Shown one piece after another: positions 1 to 9,710 of a stretch of DNA of 34,284 bases (within the stretch, counting starts at the first letter, position 1; each line of letters starts with the position of its first letter). Origin of the DNA: a virus (Duplodnaviria; Caudoviricetes); IMG/VR virus record IMGVR_UViG_3300033513_000451, positions 1 to 34,284 of that record; one strand, written 5' to 3'. The notes beneath the pieces are model-generated. The model made no database searches, was not told the DNA's origin, and saw only the letters and a program-made list of their open reading frames with translations. Both the position numbers and the translations under genes were made by a program.

Positions 1-245
1 GGGCCAAGGTCGGCCCCCTCCCTCCGAACCCCCTGGCGCGGTTCCTGGCCCCCCCCTTCGCCCTCCCCCCGGGGCCGGAGCAGAACCCCCAGAATCCCCA
101 GGAACCCCCCCAGAACCCCCAGGAAAGCGTCCCCCGAGGGACCCCCACAGGAGGACCCTCCCCCCTCTCCCCCTGGCGCTCCTTGGACCTCTGGGGACGT
201 GGACCGATTGGTGTATTTGGTGACCGGCGCCGGAGGGGGGTCCCG
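1..245. repeat. Low-complexity C-tract-rich non-coding region, with imperfect ~10-bp tandem repeats CAG(G)AA(C/T)CCCC at ~81-125
   Basis: Many runs of 4-8 C on +; cagaaccccc agaatcccca ggaacccccc cagaaccccc aggaa; no credible ORF before queD. Confidence 0.7.
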
Positions 246-310
246 GCGTGAGGATCCACCTCCCCGGCGCCCCGCCTCTCCCCGTCGTCCCCATGAAAGG
301 AGCGCCGTCC

Positions 311-742
311 ATGAGAGTCGTCGCGACGCGCCGGCTTCAGTTCGCGATCGGGCACCGCGTCCACGGTCACGAGGGGAAGTGCGCCCACCTCCACGGGCAC
401 AACTTCGTCCTCCTCCTCACCGCGGAGCGCGAGGACGAGGGTCTCGACGGCATCGGTCGCGTCCTCGACTTCGGCGTCCTCAAGGACCGGCTCGGTGGGT
501 GGATCGAGCGCTCGTGGGACCATGGCTTCCTGCTCTGGCAGGAGGACAAGGAGGCCATCGAGGCCATGACCTGGGTCCATGGCCAGAAGTACTTCCTGCT
601 CCCCTACAACCCCACGGCGGAGAACGTCGGGCGCTACCTGCTCGAGGTCGTCGGTCCCCAGGTCCTCGCGGGGACCGGGGTCCGGCTCGTCCGCGCCGTC
701 GTCCATGAGACCGAGAACGGCATCGCGGAGGTCGAGCTTTGA
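311..742 (+). CDS. queD: 6-carboxytetrahydropterin synthase (PTPS/QueD family)
   Basis: GHRV..H..KCAHLHGHN, LDFG.LK, WDHGFL, PTAEN and C-terminal ET motifs; AAAGGAG RBS 8 nt before ATG 311, so the track start at 248 is probably too long. Confidence 0.93.
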   Translation: MRVVATRRLQFAIGHRVHGHEGKCAHLHGHNFVLLLTAEREDEGLDGIGRVLDFGVLKDRLGGWIERSWDHGFLLWQEDKEAIEAMTWVHGQKYFLLPYNPTAENVGRYLLEVVGPQVLAGTGVRLVRAVVHETENGIAEVEL

Positions 743-1407
743 CCCACTACCAGCTCAACGAGATCTTCCTCTCCCTCCAGGGCGAGGGCATCCGCGCGGG
801 AACGACGAACGTCTTCGTCCGTTTCGCGGGCTGCAACCAGACGTGCAGCGTCGAGTCCCACGGCTTTGACTGCGACACGGAGTTCGTCTCCGGGGTCCGC
901 ATGAGCGGGGAGGAGCTCGTCGCCGAGGCTGCGCGTCTCTGGGAGACGGAGGGCCCCGGCTTCGGCGAGGAGGCCGGCTGGGTCGTCCTGACGGGGGGCG
1001 AGCCGGCGCTGCAGCTCGACGTCTCCCTGCTCCTCGCGCTGCGCGAGCGGTTCAAGGTTGCCGTGGAGACGAACGGATCGAAGCGCCTGCCGCTGGAGTC
1101 CGGCGGTGGGAAGCTCTACGACCCCGACCTACGCTCCTCCTACACTCTCTTCGACTGGATCACGGTGTCGCCGAAGGTCGCGGAGCACGCCATCCGGCAG
1201 CTCGTGGCGGACGAGGTCAAGTACGTCCGCGCCCACGGCCAGGGCATCCCGAGGACCCGCGTCCGCGCCGAGTACAAGCTGCTCTCTCCCGCCTGGACGA
1301 GCGCCGGGGTACAGCCCGGGGACCTCGCGCACTGCATCGACCTCGTGAAGCACAACCCGCCCTGGCGGCTCAGCCTCCAGCAACACAAGCTGTGGGGCGT
1401 GCGGTGA
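739..1407 (+). CDS. queE: 7-carboxy-7-deazaguanine synthase (radical SAM)
   Basis: [51 protein letters not shown]; TTGA overlap with the queD stop. Confidence 0.93.
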   Translation: MTHYQLNEIFLSLQGEGIRAGTTNVFVRFAGCNQTCSVESHGFDCDTEFVSGVRMSGEELVAEAARLWETEGPGFGEEAGWVVLTGGEPALQLDVSLLLALRERFKVAVETNGSKRLPLESGGGKLYDPDLRSSYTLFDWITVSPKVAEHAIRQLVADEVKYVRAHGQGIPRTRVRAEYKLLSPAWTSAGVQPGDLAHCIDLVKHNPPWRLSLQQHKLWGVR

Positions 1408-1973
1408 CCATCGCCGCAGTCGGCACCATCGCCGAGCACCTCGCCTGCGCCCTACGCGTTCTCCTCGCCAGCGACCTCCCGGACGGCATGGTCGAGACCC
1501 CCGAGCGCATCGCGCGGGCCTGGGCCGACATGACCCGGGGCTACGGCGAGGACCCCGCCGCCATCCTCTCCCGCTCCTTCGACGCGGACGGGTACGACGA
1601 GATCGTCGCGCTCCGCGGTATCGCCTACCAGTCGCTCTGCGAGCACCACCTTCTCCCCTTCACCGGGACCGTGGACCTCGCCTACCTCCCCCAGAGACGC
1701 GTCGTCGGCCTCTCCAAGCTCGCCCGCCTCGTGGACTGCTATGCGCGGCGCTTCCAGATCCAGGAGCGCATGACGCGGCAGATCGCGGACGCGCTCGAAC
1801 AGCACCTCGGGGCACGGGGAGTGGCCGTCGTCGTCCATGGGATCCACTCCTGCATGACCGCGCGGGGCGTCCTCAAGCCCGGGTCCGAGATGGTGACCTC
1901 CGAGATGCGCGGCGTCTTCCGCGACATGCCCGAGACGAGGGCCGAGGTTCTCGGTCTGCTCGGGAGAAGCTGA
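1404..1973 (+). CDS. folE: GTP cyclohydrolase I
   Basis: [46 protein letters not shown]; GTGA overlap with the queE stop. Confidence 0.95.
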   Translation: MTIAAVGTIAEHLACALRVLLASDLPDGMVETPERIARAWADMTRGYGEDPAAILSRSFDADGYDEIVALRGIAYQSLCEHHLLPFTGTVDLAYLPQRRVVGLSKLARLVDCYARRFQIQERMTRQIADALEQHLGARGVAVVVHGIHSCMTARGVLKPGSEMVTSEMRGVFRDMPETRAEVLGLLGRS

Positions 1974-1985
1974 AGGGGAACGGAC

Positions 1986-4784
1986 TCAGTCCGGCGCCTG
2001 ATGCGTGACGACCTCGATGCACTCCAGCTCGCTGACCCACTGCGACCAGTCGTCGCGCTTGGAAAGGATCCTGGTACCGACGGTCTCGCCGCGGTAGGTG
2101 ATTGTGAGGTATTCGCCGACTGCCAACAGGAGGACCTTTCCCTTGACCTTTAGGCGAGCCCGGCGTCGCTGCGTGCACGTGTCCCACGCCAGATCGTTTG
2201 CGCGCGACGTAGCGTCGGCCGTATCGCGGATGCACGTTACGAACGTGATGTCGTGCGGCCGATTGAAAACTAGCTTGGTTCTACCCGACACGAACTCCCT
2301 CGTGAGTGTGCGCCCGGCCGGCGGCGGATACCTCGGGCTCACGAGCACCGGCTGACCACCATCCGGGGACTCGTTGTAGACGACGCGCGTGATGTCGTAG
2401 AGGTCGTCGGGGTTGAAGCCCCACTCGAGTTCCAGGATGTCATCATCAGCTACGGCTGTGATGCCCGCGCTCGCGCTCGCATACGACTCCGCGTCCAGCC
2501 GCTCGCGGCAGTACCAGATCCCACCCTTGTAGAGCACGTCGAAGTTGCCAGCGATCTCCAGCTGCCGAAGGATCGACGCTGCGGGCTGCTGGCTCCCGAC
2601 GTAGAGACTCACGGGGTACGCACCAGCCGTCGTCGTACGCACGAGGGCGAAGGATGGTACGTCGATCGCGGCCGCCGCTACACCGAGCACTGTCCGCAGG
2701 AGGTGGTGCGAGACGTCGGGCGACTTCTCGATGGGTTGACCACCCATCACACCCGTGTACGTTCCGGCGTTGTCGTCGCTGAACCCCGTGGCGTCGCACC
2801 GGACGATCTGCTGCATAACCGGAGTGACCACAACCGAATCCCCGTTGTAGGGTTTCCCAGCGGTCCTATCGACCGACGCGTCGAACCCGAGCACGTCCCA
2901 GATGCCCATCTGCACGGTCGCGCCCGTGGCACAGCGCAGGTTGAGCGTTCCCGAGGCCTTGCTGAGCTGGAACTTGGCCGTCGTTAGCGTCAGCGTGCAG
3001 GTCTCGTCGCCCGCGCCCACCGCACGCATCGCCGCCTGGATGAGTGTGTCGAGGCTCGTGATCGCGGTCGTCCCCGCCAGCGGGTAGACGCCGGGCGTGA
3101 GGATAGCCACCAGGTAAGGAGGAACACCACCCGTGTCGAAGTGGAGCTTGTTGTTCTCGTGCGTGATGAAGATTGGGTGTAGATCGTAGTTGGCGGTGAA
3201 TCGACCGTTTGCTAGATCGGGAGAGATCGCGGCGTACCCGATCCCGTTCTGTCTCACCCACCTTCCGCTGTCCCTGTTCGCGGCGGCATTGTCGTCCTCG
3301 TACCAGTAGACGTAGGGGATGTCCATGATCCCCTCGGGCCAGTCGGTGCAGTCGACGATCTCGAACACGCCCGTCGGGACTAGGCTACTGTTGTAGTAGG
3401 TGATGTCGTACTGAACCGGCTTAATGCCCTCCTTCGTCCCCCAGAGGAGCGCCCGCGCGCGACCACGGTCGGGCTGCTGGAACGCGTCGATGCTGCCGCC
3501 GGTGTTGTTGTACGTCCGCTTCGGGATTGGCCTCTGGAGGAACGTGCGGTCGTCCTCCAGGTCGAGAGTCATCTCCACGTCGGAGACCTTCATGGCTCCC
3601 ACGCGGGCGAGCGCGATGATAGGGCAATCCTCCAGCAGGACCTCGTCCGCCCCGAGCTGGAAGCGACCACCAACGCGCACGACGAGCTGCGAGCCGACGA
3701 GGTGCACTATCGGGTCGTGCACGAGCGTGTTCCAGTAGCTGTTCCCGTTCGCGAGGACGAGCGCGCCGAGCGATCCAGAGAGGTCACCCCAGAAGGCGTC
3801 GCTGCGCGCGGCCTCGATGGTGGGGAAGCTACCTGGCAGCAGGCGCGGGTCGTGGTAGGCGTAGCGCGGGATCCACTGGAGCTTGAGGTCATCGAAGTCC
3901 ACGGTGCCGGTCCACGCCGCCGCCGCCGACACCTGTAGATAGATCCGCACGGTCGTCCACGAGGGACAGACGAAGTCGAACGTGAAACGCCGCCACTCCC
4001 CGAGCCCTGCCAATTCCTGAAACGCCGAGTAGTTCGCGCCCGAGGACAGGCTGCGTCCGTCCGGGAGGACCGACGAGGTGACCGTGTCATAGACGAAGAC
4101 TTCGACGATCGCTCCAACTCCCGAGACCCTATAGGCCCCGCTCAGGCGGAAGACGTTGCCGGCGATGAGGCTGTTGATGCTGAGGTCTTGGAGCAGGTAA
4201 CCCCACGCTCCGGAGGCGAAGGTCATGCGCGCGGCGTAGATGCCCTGTAGCGGGTCAACTGCCGTTTGGTCGAGCGTGGCGCCGCTACCCGCGAAGGTCC
4301 ACCCATCCACGGAGCTGCCCGTCCACGCGTCCAGCGTCCCATTCGTCAGGAGATCCCTGCCGAGAACTGGTTGGAACACACCGTGCGACCCGAGGTGAAT
4401 CCCGAACTCCGCGATCACGGTCGTGTCTGCCGGGTTGGAGTCGTCCGCGAGGTGAACCCAGAGGTGACCGCTGTCGTAGGTGAAGTACCCAGCATCGATG
4501 CTCGCCCCGATCGGGACCTGCATGAGCGTCTCGGTCAGCGTCTGGACACCGACGATCGGGAGGCTGACTCCATCGAAGGTGTGAGTGCAGTCGATGTAGT
4601 AGACGCTCCCGCTGTAGAGTGTCCACACCCCTGTGATGATGATCCTCGGCCGAAGCTCGACCCACAGGTGACGCTGTCCGCGCGTCTCGGCGAGCAGATC
4701 ACGGAAGGGACGCAGGCCGTAGCGCACGCCGAGCGTGCCATGGCCGACATCCGAGGCGATGGCATCGGAGGCCGGGGAGGGCAC
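1986..4784 (-). CDS. Tail-tip (hub/Tal-like) protein with a carbohydrate-binding-like insert
   Basis: 932 aa; second gene after the tape measure; LLTNGTLDAWT...GEWRRFTFDF...GTVDFDDLKL resembles a CBM jelly-roll; C-terminal LAVGEYLTITY-type end typical of hub proteins. Confidence 0.65.
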   Translation of the reverse strand: MPSPASDAIASDVGHGTLGVRYGLRPFRDLLAETRGQRHLWVELRPRIIITGVWTLYSGSVYYIDCTHTFDGVSLPIVGVQTLTETLMQVPIGASIDAGYFTYDSGHLWVHLADDSNPADTTVIAEFGIHLGSHGVFQPVLGRDLLTNGTLDAWTGSSVDGWTFAGSGATLDQTAVDPLQGIYAARMTFASGAWGYLLQDLSINSLIAGNVFRLSGAYRVSGVGAIVEVFVYDTVTSSVLPDGRSLSSGANYSAFQELAGLGEWRRFTFDFVCPSWTTVRIYLQVSAAAAWTGTVDFDDLKLQWIPRYAYHDPRLLPGSFPTIEAARSDAFWGDLSGSLGALVLANGNSYWNTLVHDPIVHLVGSQLVVRVGGRFQLGADEVLLEDCPIIALARVGAMKVSDVEMTLDLEDDRTFLQRPIPKRTYNNTGGSIDAFQQPDRGRARALLWGTKEGIKPVQYDITYYNSSLVPTGVFEIVDCTDWPEGIMDIPYVYWYEDDNAAANRDSGRWVRQNGIGYAAISPDLANGRFTANYDLHPIFITHENNKLHFDTGGVPPYLVAILTPGVYPLAGTTAITSLDTLIQAAMRAVGAGDETCTLTLTTAKFQLSKASGTLNLRCATGATVQMGIWDVLGFDASVDRTAGKPYNGDSVVVTPVMQQIVRCDATGFSDDNAGTYTGVMGGQPIEKSPDVSHHLLRTVLGVAAAAIDVPSFALVRTTTAGAYPVSLYVGSQQPAASILRQLEIAGNFDVLYKGGIWYCRERLDAESYASASAGITAVADDDILELEWGFNPDDLYDITRVVYNESPDGGQPVLVSPRYPPPAGRTLTREFVSGRTKLVFNRPHDITFVTCIRDTADATSRANDLAWDTCTQRRRARLKVKGKVLLLAVGEYLTITYRGETVGTRILSKRDDWSQWVSELECIEVVTHQAPD

Positions 4785-4785
4785 T

Positions 4786-5898
4786 TCAGATCACTCCGAG
4801 GAGCCGAGGGACCTCGGGCGTCGAGTACTCGCCCTCCACGTGGGTGTATCCCACCGGTCCTTCCAGCATCACGTACTCGGTCGACGTGGGCGCGGTCGAG
4901 TCGAACTCGTAGAAGAAGGCCACCCCCGCTGGTACGAGCGCTAGCGCAGCCATCAACGCATCTCGATCGGCGGCGGAGCGCCCGGGCCAGATGAGCCCGG
5001 ACCAAGCAGGGCGCGTGGTCTTCTCGTCTACGAAGTGCGCCCCCGATGAAGCGAGGACGATCTCGTTCCCTGGAACGTACTCCTTCTTCCAGTTCGGGCC
5101 GAAGCTTGCGATCTCGATCGTCGGTCCGGCGTACCAGATGCCAACCTCGGCGTAGCCGAGCGCGTTCCCCACATCGTTGATCAGCAGGCGCCAGTATCGG
5201 TACGACGCCTCGTTGGCGAGGTATGCAGCACGGATGTTCGCGTCTCCTGCCAACGTCGACTCGATGGTCGGCACGACCCCGTAGCCGGCGCCGCTCAGTG
5301 TCGTCGCGCTTCCCTGTAGCGCGTACGTGCCGGTGGCTCCCGAGTTGTGGTTGATGGCGATACCAGACAGCACGCCGAGGGCGCTCCCCAGATCGGCGTA
5401 GACCGCGTGTCTGCTCTGGTAGGAAGCACTTCCCGCCGTGTGGCTTGTTCCTTGACCTGTGTCCGCGCTGGCGAACCCGATGTCTGGATGAATGCTCTTG
5501 TGCTTGTTGCCGATGCCGGTCCCGAAGAGAAGGTTCACCCACGGGTCGCCAACCCCGGAGATGGTGATCGTGAACTTGTGCGTCCCGCTGTCGTAGGTGC
5601 AGCCATACGTCGGGACGGGATCAGCCGTGGCTAGTTGTGCAGCGATCTCCGTCGCCAGAGCGGCACCGGTGACGTACGTGCCCGGCGTGATCAGAGCGTC
5701 GCCGTAGGTCGATGGCTGGCGCAGGAACTCGAGGTGGTTGTTCTCGCCAGCCACGATCGTCCAGCCGACCGGCGATCGCCAGGACTTGGGTCGCTGCTGG
5801 TCCTTCAGCCAAGCGACAGGCGACGCGGGTGCCGACGCGGAGGCCGTCAGTACTGTCGCCGGAGCCATGATCCGGTTCACCACCATCATCCTGTCCAT
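4786..5898 (-). CDS. Distal tail (Dit-like) / tail-tip protein
   Basis: 370 aa directly after the tape measure; YRYWRLLIND...GYAEVGIWYAG discoidin-like strands. Confidence 0.6.
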   Translation of the reverse strand: MDRMMVVNRIMAPATVLTASASAPASPVAWLKDQQRPKSWRSPVGWTIVAGENNHLEFLRQPSTYGDALITPGTYVTGAALATEIAAQLATADPVPTYGCTYDSGTHKFTITISGVGDPWVNLLFGTGIGNKHKSIHPDIGFASADTGQGTSHTAGSASYQSRHAVYADLGSALGVLSGIAINHNSGATGTYALQGSATTLSGAGYGVVPTIESTLAGDANIRAAYLANEASYRYWRLLINDVGNALGYAEVGIWYAGPTIEIASFGPNWKKEYVPGNEIVLASSGAHFVDEKTTRPAWSGLIWPGRSAADRDALMAALALVPAGVAFFYEFDSTAPTSTEYVMLEGPVGYTHVEGEYSTPEVPRLLGVI

Positions 5899-5912
5899 GC
5901 TGTGCGCTCCCT

Positions 5913-8900
5913 CTACTTGAGCTGGAAGAGGCCAGCCCGGTTGCGCCGGACCATCGCCTCGGCGGCGACCTTACCGTCGAGACTGACTGGGATATGGATG
6001 GTGTCCGAGCGCGCCAGGAGCTGCCGCAGCAGCAGCTTCAACTCGTCGTCGACCTGCGCCGCGACCCGCGCGCGGTCGAGCGGGACGATCGCCTCCGGCC
6101 CCTGCTCACCGACCCAGGCCAACGTGGGCGAGGTCACGATGCCGCCCCGCGCGTACTCGGGATAGGCTCCCTCGCCGCGCTCCGCGCGTCCTCCCTCGCC
6201 CTCCTCATAGTCCACGGGCACCGTGACGGTCGGGATCTCGATACCAGAGAGTCGAAGGATCGCGTCCACCATCGCGTCGATCTTGTCGATGAGCGTCTCG
6301 AACTGCTCGCTCATGGTCTGGGCGAACGTGATCCCCGCCTCCTCCGCCGAAGCATAGGCCTCGCCGTTCGCGTCGAGGAGCAGTCCCTGCTCGATCATCT
6401 GCTCGATCACGGGGCGCATGGCCTCGGGGATCGCCTGTCCCGCGCGCAGCGCCTGCTGCACGTAGTCGTTGATGCTCGGCGCCATCTTGTCGAGCACGGC
6501 GACCATGTTCGCGCCGCTCGCCGCGAGCAGCTCATAGTCCCGGAGGAGCCCGCCCGCCATCTCGTCCAGCTTCTGCTGTGCGAACTTCGGTCCCAGCTCC
6601 TCGATGGTGAGCCCGTAGCGCTCGATCGCGTCGTTGAGCGCCTGCTGCGACTCGTCCCACAGGCCGAGCGTGTCCGTGATCTTGCCCATCGCCTCGTTGT
6701 ACTGCTCGACCGTCTTCGCGTCGAAGAGCTGTCGGAGGAGGTCCTCATCGGTGGCCTCGGCCAGCGCCTTCTGCAGCTCGAGCCAACCGCCGTGCGCCTC
6801 GATGAACGAGTCGCGCATGTCGTTGACCTTCATGATGACCTTGTCCCCACCGATGCCGAAGGCAGACCCGAGCGCGTCGAGTGCCTTGCCGGCGAGGGAC
6901 CCGAGGAGGGAGCCCACGGGACCGGCCATCCCGCCGACGATCTTTCCGAGGTTGCCGCCGATCGACTTCGACAAGCTCTTCCCGAGGCTCGCTCCGAGGT
7001 CCGCGCCGATCGCGGCCCCGATGGCCTCACCGATCTTCCCGCCGCCCTGGATCGCGCCAATGATGATATCGGGGAGCCGCGCGAGTGAGTCCGCGAGCGC
7101 GTCGCCGACACCCGTCGTGCTCTCCAGCGCGACCTTGATCTGCTCGGCGCTCGCTCCCGCCGACTTGAGCGCGTGCTCGATGTCATCGACCGGGAGCTTC
7201 GCCCTCTTGCCTGCGGCGGCGATCTCGTTGAAGCCGCGCTGCATCACCACGGTCTCGCCCGCCAGCTCCTTGAACGCCGCCGTTATGTCCGGCAGCTTGA
7301 GCCCCGCGATGTCGAACTCCGGCAGCTCGATCTGCCCGCCCCGCATGACCCCGAGGAGGCCCTTGTCGCTGATCTTCGCGCCCTCGGCCGCGAGCTTCTG
7401 CAGCTCCTCGCGCAGCGCCTGGATGTTCACCTTGCCGAGGCCGAGCTTCGCGAAGACCTCCGCGAGGTCGGCCACGCGATCCTGGAGGTTGACCTTCGAG
7501 AACTCGTCTGTGAGCCGGGCCATCTCGTCTGCGTGCTGCTCCGCGGCCTTCCCCGCCTTCTCCTGCGCCTCGGCAAGGGCCACGATGCGCGCGGCGAGCG
7601 CGGGGTCGGTGACGGTCTCGCCGTACAGCGTGGCCGCCTTCGTCAGCGTCTCTGTCGCGGAGGTCTGCTTGAGCTTCCGCAGGATGTCCGCATCGGTGAT
7701 GGGAGCGGCCGCCTTCTCCGCCTCGGTGACCTGCTTCACCGTCTCAGCCTTGAACCGGTTCATCGAAACGAAGAGGGCGTCCGCCTGAGTGCTCTCCCCG
7801 ATGATCTTCTGGCGCAGCTTGAACTGCTCCAGCGCACCCCGCTCCGCCTCCGTCCAGCCGGCCGTCGCGTCTTTGCCCTTGGCGAGGTGCGCGTTCCACA
7901 TGTCGAGGATGAACTGGAGCCCCGTGACCTTCATCGCGGCGTCCACGACGACGGTCGCGAACCTCTGGAGCAGCGGGACGGTCTCCATGAGCCAGCGCGT
8001 GGCCTTGAAGGCGGCGAGGAAGCCAGTCACGGCGACCGTCGCTGGAATGAGGACCGGGCCCAGGATCCCGAACGCCGTGGCGATCTGCCCGACTGTGAAT
8101 AGCACGCCGCCGAGCGCAATGAGGGCGGGCCCGCCCAGGAGTGTCAGTCCCGCCACCCACTTCCGCGTCCCCTCGTCGAGCGAGGCGAACCACTTCGCCG
8201 CGCTCCCGAGCTCCGCCGCCATGCTTCGAAGGAGCGGGGTCACCTCCTTGACTGCCGGCAGGAGCGCCTGCCCCAGCTCGACAGACGCGGCCTTGAGCGC
8301 AGCCGTGAACTGCTCCCACTGCCCCGCCGTCGTCTTCTTCCACTCACCGAACGACTTCTCGAACTGCCCGTGCGAGTCCTTGATCGTCCCGAGGATCCGC
8401 GCGTACTCACCGCCCTGTTTCCCCGCGACGCCGAGGACGCCCGTGAGGGCGCGGATGTTGGGGATGATGCGGTCGAGCGTCTCGACGTTGCCCTTCGTCC
8501 TCTCCATGAGCAGCTCGAGGACGGCGACGAGTCCCTGCTCGGCGAGCGCCTTCCGGAGCTTCTCGCCGCTCAGGCCGATCTCGGCGAGCGCGTCGGAGGC
8601 CTGCTTGCCGGGCGCGGCCAGCGCGTTGAGCGTGCCCCGGAGGGCCACCGCGGCCTCGGATCCCTTGACCCCCAGGCGGGTGAACGTCGCCATGAACGCT
8701 CCCACCTCGTCGAGCCCGACCCCGAGGGCCGAGGCGATCGGGAGCACGCGTCCGAGGACCTTCGCATACTCGTCGGCCTGCGCGCCTCCCTCGATGACGG
8801 ACCGCGTGAGGATGTCCGCGGCCTGTGACGCGCTCAGGTTCTCCTTGCCGTAGGCGTTCACTGCCGACACGAGTGACCGAGCGATCTCCTCCGTCTCGCC

Positions 8901-9305
8901 CATCCCGAGCGCGGCCATCTTCGCCGCCGCCGTGAGGATCTCGAACCCCGTTGCCCCGACCTGCCCCGAGGAGGCGACGAAGTAGAGCGCGTCGGCCAGC
9001 TCCTTCGGCGCCTTCCCTACCTCGCCGGAGAGCTTGAGGATGTCAGCGCTCCACGTCTGCACGTCCTGCGAGCTGGCGATCGTCAGGGCGCGGATCTTCG
9101 TCATCGCCTTCTCGTACTCGGCCGCGCTCTTGATGGCTGGGATCATCGCTCCGCCGATCGCCGCCCCGAGCGCGGTCACACCGGCGCCAGCCATCGCCAT
9201 GTTCGTTCCGACCGAGCGCAGAGAGGTCCCGACGCGGTTGAGCGCGCCCGTCAGCTGGTCGTTGAGTCTGAGCGTGGCAACGAGGTCGCCGATGGAGTAG
9301 GCCAA
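5913..9305 (-). CDS. Tail tape measure protein (TP901-like core)
   Basis: 1130 aa, Ala/Leu/Gly-rich and helical; IGDLVATL N-terminus, GVKGSEAAVALRG, C-terminal YARGGIVTSPTLAWVGEQGPEAIVPL; follows the tail chaperones. Confidence 0.93.
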   Translation of the reverse strand: MAYSIGDLVATLRLNDQLTGALNRVGTSLRSVGTNMAMAGAGVTALGAAIGGAMIPAIKSAAEYEKAMTKIRALTIASSQDVQTWSADILKLSGEVGKAPKELADALYFVASSGQVGATGFEILTAAAKMAALGMGETEEIARSLVSAVNAYGKENLSASQAADILTRSVIEGGAQADEYAKVLGRVLPIASALGVGLDEVGAFMATFTRLGVKGSEAAVALRGTLNALAAPGKQASDALAEIGLSGEKLRKALAEQGLVAVLELLMERTKGNVETLDRIIPNIRALTGVLGVAGKQGGEYARILGTIKDSHGQFEKSFGEWKKTTAGQWEQFTAALKAASVELGQALLPAVKEVTPLLRSMAAELGSAAKWFASLDEGTRKWVAGLTLLGGPALIALGGVLFTVGQIATAFGILGPVLIPATVAVTGFLAAFKATRWLMETVPLLQRFATVVVDAAMKVTGLQFILDMWNAHLAKGKDATAGWTEAERGALEQFKLRQKIIGESTQADALFVSMNRFKAETVKQVTEAEKAAAPITDADILRKLKQTSATETLTKAATLYGETVTDPALAARIVALAEAQEKAGKAAEQHADEMARLTDEFSKVNLQDRVADLAEVFAKLGLGKVNIQALREELQKLAAEGAKISDKGLLGVMRGGQIELPEFDIAGLKLPDITAAFKELAGETVVMQRGFNEIAAAGKRAKLPVDDIEHALKSAGASAEQIKVALESTTGVGDALADSLARLPDIIIGAIQGGGKIGEAIGAAIGADLGASLGKSLSKSIGGNLGKIVGGMAGPVGSLLGSLAGKALDALGSAFGIGGDKVIMKVNDMRDSFIEAHGGWLELQKALAEATDEDLLRQLFDAKTVEQYNEAMGKITDTLGLWDESQQALNDAIERYGLTIEELGPKFAQQKLDEMAGGLLRDYELLAASGANMVAVLDKMAPSINDYVQQALRAGQAIPEAMRPVIEQMIEQGLLLDANGEAYASAEEAGITFAQTMSEQFETLIDKIDAMVDAILRLSGIEIPTVTVPVDYEEGEGGRAERGEGAYPEYARGGIVTSPTLAWVGEQGPEAIVPLDRARVAAQVDDELKLLLRQLLARSDTIHIPVSLDGKVAAEAMVRRNRAGLFQLK

Positions 9306-9314
9306 GGTCTTAGA

Positions 9315-9710
9315 TCACTCCTTCCACTCCGCGTTCGGTCCACCGCTCCCGCTGAGGAGCATCGCCATCGCCTTCATCTCCCGCCAGTCCTGGCGCGGCC
9401 TCACCGGCGCAGCCGCTCCTTCCTCTCCAACGAACGCGTCCCCGGCCGGGTGGGGGACGCAGTCCACCAGGTCGTACGGCGTCGGGCGCGCCCCGCGGTC
9501 GCGGTAGATGTTCGCCAGGATGCGCGCGATGATGCCCGCGCGAGCGTCCGCGCGGTCCTCCCCGAACGGCTCAACCCGCGCGAACTCCAGCCACTCCAGG
9601 TACTGGCGGGCCGTCATGCTCCGGAGCATCGCGTCCACGTTGCTCCACCCCAGTTTCAAGGCGAGGCGGTAGGCGAAGCGCCGCATACCGCCCCGCTTCA
9701 GGCGTTTTTT
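9315..9710 (-). CDS. Tail assembly chaperone, -1 frameshift extension (gpT-like)
   Basis: RFAYRLALKLG...MLRSMTARQYLEW..F..EPFGEDRAD.RAG; reached through the A AAA AAC slippery site. Confidence 0.85.
   Translation of the reverse strand, partial: KKRLKRGGMRRFAYRLALKLGWSNVDAMLRSMTARQYLEWLEFARVEPFGEDRADARAGIIARILANIYRDRGARPTPYDLVDCVPHPAGDAFVGEEGAAAPVRPRQDWREMKAMAMLLSGSGGPNAEWKE

Noticed and set aside
81-125. CRISPR array
   Set aside because: The repeats are ~10 bp, tandem and have no spacers
1-310. preQ1 riboswitch or sigma70 promoter upstream of queD
   Set aside because: No preQ1-I stem with an A-rich tail, and no convincing -35/-10 pair by eye
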